A stretch of DNA of 12,426 nucleotides from Candidatus Velthaea sp. (GTDB lineage: Bacteria; Vulcanimicrobiota; Vulcanimicrobiia; Vulcanimicrobiales; Vulcanimicrobiaceae), in the NCBI GenBank assembly GCA_050012475.1, contig JBEKHC010000124.1, forward strand, positions 1 through 12,426, given 5' to 3'. Under the pieces are notes generated by a model that saw nothing but the letters and a program-made list of their open reading frames with translations, was not told the DNA's origin and ran no database searches. The first letter of the stretch is position 1, and the number at the start of each line of letters is the position of its first letter. Both the position numbers and the translations under genes were made by a program. This document shows, one piece after another, positions 7,004 to 12,426 of this stretch.

Positions 7004-8938
7004 TTAGTGCGACTTTCCGAAGAGATCGCCGAGGGCGTCCAGGGTGTGGATGCGGGTGGCGGGCGGTAACGCGTCGACGATCTTCGCGCCGTAGGTCATG
7101 CCGGTCGCGCGGCCGTCGAGGAGTGCGACCAGTCCGCGATCGGTCTTCGAGCGGATGAGCCGGCCGAAACCCTGCTTGAGGCGCACGATTGCACTGGGGA
7201 TCATGTACTCGGCGAATGACGATTTGCCGCGCGCTTCGAGCGCCGCGAGTCGCGCCGCAACGAGTGGTTCGGCGGGAGACGGAAACGGCAGCCGGTCGAT
7301 GATCACGCACGACAACTGATCGCCAACGACGTCGATCCCTTCCCAAAACGTCGCGGTGGCGAAGAGCACGGCGTTAGGTGTCGAGCGGAACCACGCCAGC
7401 AGCGTGCTGCGCGGCAGATCGCCCTGAACTTTGACCGGAAAGATGATCCGCTTCGCGAGGATCGCGTGCACTTCGCGCAGGCGCGCATACGACGTGAACA
7501 GGACGAACGCGCGGCCGCCGCTGCGGTCCAGACATTCTTCGATGATCGGCGCTGCGCGCGCGGCAAAGTCGCGCGACTTGGGATTGAGTTCGGGGCCCGC
7601 GATGTACAGGCGGGCTTGGGTGGGATAGTCGAACGGTGACGGCGCGATCAGCTCTTGCGCGGCCTCGACGCCCAAGGTTTCCTTGATGAACGCGAACGAG
7701 CTGCCTTCGGCGATCGTCGCGCTGGTGAGCACGACGCTCCGCGTTCGGGCGAACAGAGCTGCGCGCAGGAACGAAGCAACCTCGAACGGTGCGGCGTTGA
7801 TTTGGTAGCGGGCATCGCTCTCCGTGCGCTCGACCCAGGCGATCGCTTCGATTTCGTCGCTGGCGACCGCGCCCGAGCGCGACTCGTACGCCGCACGTTC
7901 GATCCGGTCGACCGTCGCGATGTGCGCTGCGACCGCGCGCAAGGCGAGATCGCGCCGGCGTTCGGACTCCGCTTCGTTCGGGGTCGGCTTCATCAGCGCG
8001 CTTTGCCAGTTGGCATGCACGAAGTTTTCGAGCCGATAGAGCGCTTCGCGTACGTTCTCGAGCACGGTGCCGATCGCTTCGTTCGCGCCGATCGGATAGC
8101 GTTCACCGGGAACGCGCGCCAGCGTCGACTGCAGCCGCCGCATCGACTCGTCGATCTCGGCGTCGTATGCCGCCGGCAGGCGGTAGTTGCGATGCAGACG
8201 GCGCATCATGCGCCCGACGCCACCCGGCGAAAGCGTCGCGGTCAGCGCACCCGTCGCGTAACGTTCGCACTGATGCGCTTCGTCGAGCACGACATAGTCG
8301 TATTGCGGCAGCAGGCCGCCGCCCATCGCGAGATCGAGAAAAAATAGGGCGTGATTGACGACGACGATATCGGCAAAGCGGGCTGCGTCGCGGCGCTTGA
8401 AGAAATGACACTCGGCGAAGCGCGAACAATATTCGCCCACGCAATCGTCGGCGTCGGCGTCGAGCGCTTCCCAATCGTCGGCGCGCACCGGAAAATCGAG
8501 TTCGGCACGGTCGCCCGTCGTCGTGCGCTCGGCCCACGCCCACAGCTTTTCCATTGCGATCGTGGGGGCGATCAGCCGTTCGCCGCTCATCTTCTCGTAT
8601 TTCGCCCGGCACAAATAGTGGTTGCGGCCTTTGAGCAATTCGACGCGAACCGGGATGCCCAGCGCTTCGACCACGAGCGGGATATCTTTGCGCACCAGCT
8701 GTTCTTGCAGCGCGATGGTGCCGGTGGAAATCACGACGCGTTTTCCGCTGCGCAGGGCGGGCACCAGATAAGCAAGTGATTTTCCGACGCCGGTCCCCGC
8801 TTCGACGACGGTGTGCACGTTTTCGAGAAAGCCGCGTTCGATGAGTTTCGCCATCTGAACTTGGCCCGGGCGTCCCTCGAAGCCGCCCAGGACCTGCGCG
8901 ATGGGCCCGGCGGCGGCGAACGTCTCATCGATGAGCAT
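7004..8938 (-). CDS. dinG: ATP-dependent DNA helicase, DinG/YoaA (XPD-like, Fe-S) family, no exonuclease domain
   Basis: Q motif RPGQ, Walker A EAGTGVGKS, LKGRNHYLC plus CVGEYCSRFAEC (four Cys for an Fe-S cluster), VVNH, DEAH, LTSAT, SPFDY, FWEGIDV, LKQGFGRLIR. Confidence 0.93.
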   Translation of the reverse strand: MLIDETFAAAGPIAQVLGGFEGRPGQVQMAKLIERGFLENVHTVVEAGTGVGKSLAYLVPALRSGKRVVISTGTIALQEQLVRKDIPLVVEALGIPVRVELLKGRNHYLCRAKYEKMSGERLIAPTIAMEKLWAWAERTTTGDRAELDFPVRADDWEALDADADDCVGEYCSRFAECHFFKRRDAARFADIVVVNHALFFLDLAMGGGLLPQYDYVVLDEAHQCERYATGALTATLSPGGVGRMMRRLHRNYRLPAAYDAEIDESMRRLQSTLARVPGERYPIGANEAIGTVLENVREALYRLENFVHANWQSALMKPTPNEAESERRRDLALRAVAAHIATVDRIERAAYESRSGAVASDEIEAIAWVERTESDARYQINAAPFEVASFLRAALFARTRSVVLTSATIAEGSSFAFIKETLGVEAAQELIAPSPFDYPTQARLYIAGPELNPKSRDFAARAAPIIEECLDRSGGRAFVLFTSYARLREVHAILAKRIIFPVKVQGDLPRSTLLAWFRSTPNAVLFATATFWEGIDVVGDQLSCVIIDRLPFPSPAEPLVAARLAALEARGKSSFAEYMIPSAIVRLKQGFGRLIRSKTDRGLVALLDGRATGMTYGAKIVDALPPATRIHTLDALGDLFGKSH

Positions 8939-8953
8939 CAGCGCGGCTGCCGG

Positions 8954-9634
8954 CTATGCTTGCGGTTCGTGCGACGGCGCGACCGGACGCGGCGGTTCTT
9001 CTTCAACCGCGGCAACGTAGTCCGGTGCTTCGTAGATCTGTCCGTCCTCGACGGCAACCGGCGCGGCGGCCTGGGCGGTGACGAGATGCTGGGGCACGCG
9101 ATACAGCAAGAAACCGAACAGCGCGCCGGCGATGAGACCTCCGATGTGCGCAGCATTCGAGACGAAGCGGAACACGGTAAAGCCGAGCACGAGGTTCAGA
9201 ATGATGATTCCGGCGGACTGCTGCACGAGATCGCGGCCGGGCTTGCCCAACCGTAAGCCCGCCGCCGTCAGCGCGCCGAAGAGGCCGAAGATCGCGCCGC
9301 TGGCGCCGACCGTCGGTGCGTCGTAGTTGAACCAGCAGACGGCGATGCCCGAGCCGATGATCGCGAGCACATAGATGATCGCCATGCGCGCGCGACCGTA
9401 GAGCAGTTCGACGAACGTACCGACTTGATACAGCGCGAACATGTTGGTCGCGATATGCAGCCAGCCCGCGTGCAAGAACGCCGCGCTGAAGATGCGCCAC
9501 CATTCACCAGCGGCGACGAACGGACCGTACAAGCCGCCATCGCGAACAAGCACGTTGCCGTCGCTGGTATCGCCGGTCGAGAGCTCCCAAAAGAAGACGA
9601 GAACGTTTGCCGCGATCAGCAGGCGGGTTAGCAC
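8954..9634 (-). CDS. Rhomboid-family intramembrane serine protease
   Basis: EWWRIFSAAFLHAGWLHIATNM, catalytic GASGAIFG, NAAHIGGLIAG, several hydrophobic helices, acidic/Pro-rich tail. Start placed at GTG 9634 (GAGG overlapping the upstream stop); the track start at 9730 overlaps the regulator gene. Confidence 0.93.
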   Translation of the reverse strand: MLTRLLIAANVLVFFWELSTGDTSDGNVLVRDGGLYGPFVAAGEWWRIFSAAFLHAGWLHIATNMFALYQVGTFVELLYGRARMAIIYVLAIIGSGIAVCWFNYDAPTVGASGAIFGLFGALTAAGLRLGKPGRDLVQQSAGIIILNLVLGFTVFRFVSNAAHIGGLIAGALFGFLLYRVPQHLVTAQAAAPVAVEDGQIYEAPDYVAAVEEEPPRPVAPSHEPQA

Positions 9635-9641
9635 GAATGCC

Positions 9642-10334
9642 TCAGGCGGTTTGTAATTTCGCGGCTGCCTCGGGCTGGACGGTGATGAGCCGGGCGAGTT
9701 CGAGTGAAATCGCGTGGCGCCCGCGCGCATTGGTTACGGTAACCGGGCCGCCGAGCGGTCCGTGCTCCACGACCTCGATCTCCGCACCCGGCCGCATGCC
9801 GATCGAATCGAGATAGCGCAGCATTTCGGGCACGTCTTCAATCACATCGACCACCCGCGCCGCGTTTCCGACCGGTAAGTCGGCTAATTTCACGCCGAAG
9901 CGCTGCGGCGTGCTCAGATCGGCCGGCGGAATGGGATGACCGTGCGGACAAACCTTGGGATCGCCGAGCACCGCGATGAGGCGTTCTTCGACGGCCGCGG
10001 AGATCGCGTGCTCGAGGCGGCAGGCTTCATCGTGAACCTTGTCCCACGGCATGCCGAGCAGATCCGTGAGGAGCACCTCAGCGAGGCGATGACGCCGCAT
10101 GACGCGGACGCCGACCTGAAGGCCGCGCTCGGTCAGCTTCGCCTCGCCGCGCGCACGATATTCGAGATAGCCGCCTTCGGCTAATTTCTTCAGCATCCCC
10201 GATACGGACGCCGGGGCAACGCCCAAATCAGCGGCCAGACCTGAGGTAGTGACGCCCGAACCTTCGCGCTCGAGACGATAGATGGCCTCGAGATACTCTT
10301 CGAGCGATTCGTCGAAATGCGTATGACCCGCCAT
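9642..10334 (-). CDS. DtxR/MntR-family metal-dependent transcriptional regulator with C-terminal FeoA-like (SH3) domain
   Basis: EEYLEAIY, HTH LAADLGVAPASVSGMLKKL, RRHRLAE, EACRLEH, CPHGHPIP, and FeoA-like MLRYLDSIGMRPGAEIEV. Confidence 0.93.
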   Translation of the reverse strand: MAGHTHFDESLEEYLEAIYRLEREGSGVTTSGLAADLGVAPASVSGMLKKLAEGGYLEYRARGEAKLTERGLQVGVRVMRRHRLAEVLLTDLLGMPWDKVHDEACRLEHAISAAVEERLIAVLGDPKVCPHGHPIPPADLSTPQRFGVKLADLPVGNAARVVDVIEDVPEMLRYLDSIGMRPGAEIEVVEHGPLGGPVTVTNARGRHAISLELARLITVQPEAAAKLQTA

Positions 10335-10340
10335 AGCATT

Positions 10341-11366
10341 TCACGATTCGACGGAACCTTCGGAAATCCGTGACACTTCGAGCTCCGCATTCAGGGTGGC
10401 TTTGCGCTCGGGCGACGCAAACGACGCCGAGATCGCGTTGGCGCCAAAGTGGCGCAGCGCATTCGGCCCGAGGGTTCGCTCCACTTCGCAATACTCGTCG
10501 ACAAGAGTCGTACCAAAGAGGGCCGGATCGTCGGCGTCGATCGTCACGCACACGCCCGCCGCGTGCAGCGCGCCCATCGGGTGCGCCACATTCGCCGGGG
10601 CTGCGCCGGTGAGCCGATTCGAGGTCGGGCAGATTTCCAGCGGGATGCCGCGCGACGCCAGCATCCGGACGACGGCCGGATCCTCGATCGCCCGCACCCC
10701 GTGGCCGATGCGCTCGGCGCCCAGAACTTCGACCGCCGCGCGAACGCTCGCCGCGCCGGCTGCCTCGCCGGCATGGGCAACCGTCCGCAAGCCGTGACAC
10801 CGCGCGAACGCGAACGCCTCGGCGAACAACTCAGGCGGCCAGCGGGCTTCGTCGCCACCCAACCCGACACCGATAACCCCGTACGGCTTCATCGCGACGG
10901 CGAGTTCGGCCGTCTCGAGCGCCCGCTCGGCGCCGAAATTCCGGGTCAAATCGCAGATGAAGGCGACCTCGACGCCGCTGCGTGCCTGCGCGGCATCGAA
11001 GGCCGCGCGCATCGCCTTGAAGGTGCCTTCCACGTCGATGCCGCGATGGAACCATGTCCAAACCGATGGCGAAACGAAAATCTCGGCGTAGCGGACGTTC
11101 TGAGCGGCGGCGTCCGCAGCGTAGTCGGCGGCGAGGGCGGCAAAGTCGGCCGGCTCCCGGAGGACCGACGCGACGTCCCGGAAGAGGAGCAAGAACTCGC
11201 CGAAATCGGCAAAGCGGTAGGTCGCGTCGAGCGGCCCGGAGCCCCGAACGCCGATGTCGACGCCGTGATGGACGGCCAGCTCGCGGAACCGTTCGCGGTG
11301 CAACGTCCCCTCGAGATGGCAGTGCAGCTGCACCTTGGGCATTCGGACAATCTCGCCAAGCGTCAT
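10341..11366 (-). CDS. add: Adenosine/adenine deaminase (amidohydrolase superfamily)
   Basis: PKVQLHCHLEG (HxH), NVRYAEIF, GLGGDE, AHAGE, RIGHG, LEICPTSN, DDPALF. Start ATG 11366 (alternative 11342); the track start at 11444 is the antisense of the tRNA anticodon. Adenosine versus adenine specificity cannot be resolved by eye. Confidence 0.9.
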   Translation of the reverse strand: MTLGEIVRMPKVQLHCHLEGTLHRERFRELAVHHGVDIGVRGSGPLDATYRFADFGEFLLLFRDVASVLREPADFAALAADYAADAAAQNVRYAEIFVSPSVWTWFHRGIDVEGTFKAMRAAFDAAQARSGVEVAFICDLTRNFGAERALETAELAVAMKPYGVIGVGLGGDEARWPPELFAEAFAFARCHGLRTVAHAGEAAGAASVRAAVEVLGAERIGHGVRAIEDPAVVRMLASRGIPLEICPTSNRLTGAAPANVAHPMGALHAAGVCVTIDADDPALFGTTLVDEYCEVERTLGPNALRHFGANAISASFASPERKATLNAELEVSRISEGSVES

Positions 11367-11395
11367 TGACAATCGTTTCGCGCCCGGAGTATACT
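11366..11395 (+). promoter_or_regulatory. Near-consensus sigma70 promoter of tRNA-fMet
   Basis: TTGACA (11366-11371), 18 nt, then TATACT (11390-11395), 12 nt upstream of the mature tRNA 5' end. Confidence 0.8.
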
Positions 11396-11407
11396 CACCA
11401 TCGCTGC

Positions 11408-11484
<77 letters not shown>

Positions 11485-11487
11485 GTT

Positions 11488-11525
11488 CAGGTCCAACAAA
11501 TGAATATTTGTTGGACCTGTTTCTA
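11488..11525 (+). terminator. Putative intrinsic terminator / perfect 14-bp hairpin after the tRNA
   Basis: CAGGTCCAACAAAT-GAAT-ATTTGTTGGACCTG followed by TTTCT. The stem is AT-rich and the U-tract short, so it may instead or also be a protein-binding site. Confidence 0.55.
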
Positions 11526-11549
11526 TCCCGCGGGCCGATTTGTTGGACC
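11490..11549. repeat. Three copies of 12-mer ATTTGTTGGACC (one inverted, two direct)
   Basis: GGTCCAACAAAT at 11490-11501; ATTTGTTGGACC at 11506-11517 and 11538-11549. Confidence 0.9.
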
Positions 11550-11635
11550 AATCGCGCACTGCCGGATTGCCCGTCCAGGCGCGCAGACTGCTCGGCGGTA
11601 ATCTCCAAAACGCCGACGATTTTGCCAGTCCAGGG

Positions 11636-12426
11636 TCATGGCATGATACATTTCTCACTCGATGGCTTCGGATGCGTCGGTGTCAACGGCAGACAGCAGA
11701 AATAGGGCTCGCCGGATCGACACCGTATCCGCCCGTAACTTCCATCCCAATCCATGACGACGGGAGTCAAGGTCTTCTCCGCGGCAGTTGACTTCGCGTC
11801 TGTGTCCAGGACTGCTCGCAGCTGGTAGGCACCTTGGTCCGGTTCTACCGTCTCCCGCAGGCAGAGGGGCTCGTCGGGATCTGCACCGGAATCCTGCGCG
11901 CTTGCGGTGCGCTGTGGATCGTCGACAATGTGGTACTGCGCGAACACGGACTCGTCGTAGCCTTTGCGTCCCAGCGAGCCGTTTGTAGCCGATGTAACTC
12001 GCGCTCGTCGATTGGCGTGAATAGCTCCAAGGCTTTCTCGCTGGAGAGCGCTACGGTGACATCCCCCTACGATGATCTCGCCGAGCGAGCGTACGAACTT
12101 GTTGACTTTGGGCTCTTGGCCTGATAGCTGGCGCTGTTGACAGGCGGCGATCGCAGCGAGGCGCAGCTGTAAGTGCTGCAGCTCGCCGAAGAGCGCGGCA
12201 TCGATGCGATCAGCGCCGCCGTGTTGCGCTTCAAAGTCGCGCTGCTGCTGCTGCTGCTGCTGCTGTTGTTGTGCGCTGCGCGCATCTTGGTAGAGCTCGA
12301 CGGTGCGCGCTTTGAGCATCTGGTTCACTTGGGCGCGCGTGATGTGCGGTAGCGCGAGGGCGGTTGATTCGACCACAGCCGCGGGTGCAGTTGCACCTAC
12401 TCCGGTATGTTCTCGCGCCAAAATTT
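11636..12426 (-). CDS. Hypothetical protein with Q10 tract, probably 5'-partial and possibly degraded
   Basis: Frame open from the window edge to TGA at 11636, with plausible codon usage except for a ~26-codon internal segment. No recognisable domain. Confidence 0.4.
   Translation of the reverse strand, partial: ILAREHTGVGATAPAAVVESTALALPHITRAQVNQMLKARTVELYQDARSAQQQQQQQQQQRDFEAQHGGADRIDAALFGELQHLQLRLAAIAACQQRQLSGQEPKVNKFVRSLGEIIVGGCHRSALQRESLGAIHANRRARVTSATNGSLGRKGYDESVFAQYHIVDDPQRTASAQDSGADPDEPLCLRETVEPDQGAYQLRAVLDTDAKSTAAEKTLTPVVMDWDGSYGRIRCRSGEPYFCCLPLTPTHPKPSSEKCIMP
12242..12271 (-). repeat. (CAA)2(CAG)8 trinucleotide tract encoding poly-Gln
   Basis: Plus strand (CTG)8(TTG)2 at 12242-12271. 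Confidence 0.95.

Larger units (their letters stand above)
11485..12426. mobile_element. Possible edge of an integrated element / genomic island at tRNA-fMet
   Basis: Begins at a tRNA 3' end, carries repeated 12-mers, looks less GC-rich than the core genes and holds only an unrecognisable ORF. No integrase or second att copy in the window. Confidence 0.4.

Overview
High-GC bacterial core-genome segment ending at a probable mobile-element junction. Left: a minus-strand hrcA-dnaJ operon (dnaJ runs off the window and is absent from the ORF track), preceded by a variant CIRCE operator and a sigma70-type promoter. Divergent on the plus strand are an atypical acetyl-CoA synthetase-like gene, a lone UDP-galactopyranose mutase (glf) and a butyryl-CoA:acetate CoA-transferase-like gene. 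These converge, across a structured repeat spacer, on a tightly packed minus-strand run: adenosine/adenine deaminase, DtxR/MntR-family regulator, rhomboid protease, DinG/YoaA Fe-S helicase. Right: an initiator tRNA-fMet, three copies of a 12-mer just past its 3' end, and atypical DNA with an unknown, possibly decaying poly-Gln ORF. No CRISPR array, integrase or complete novel system is visible. The best leads are regulatory (CIRCE plus overlapping divergent -10 boxes), enzymatic (motif-altered Acs, But-like transferase) and the tRNA-linked island edge. All calls come from reading motifs by eye, without database searches.
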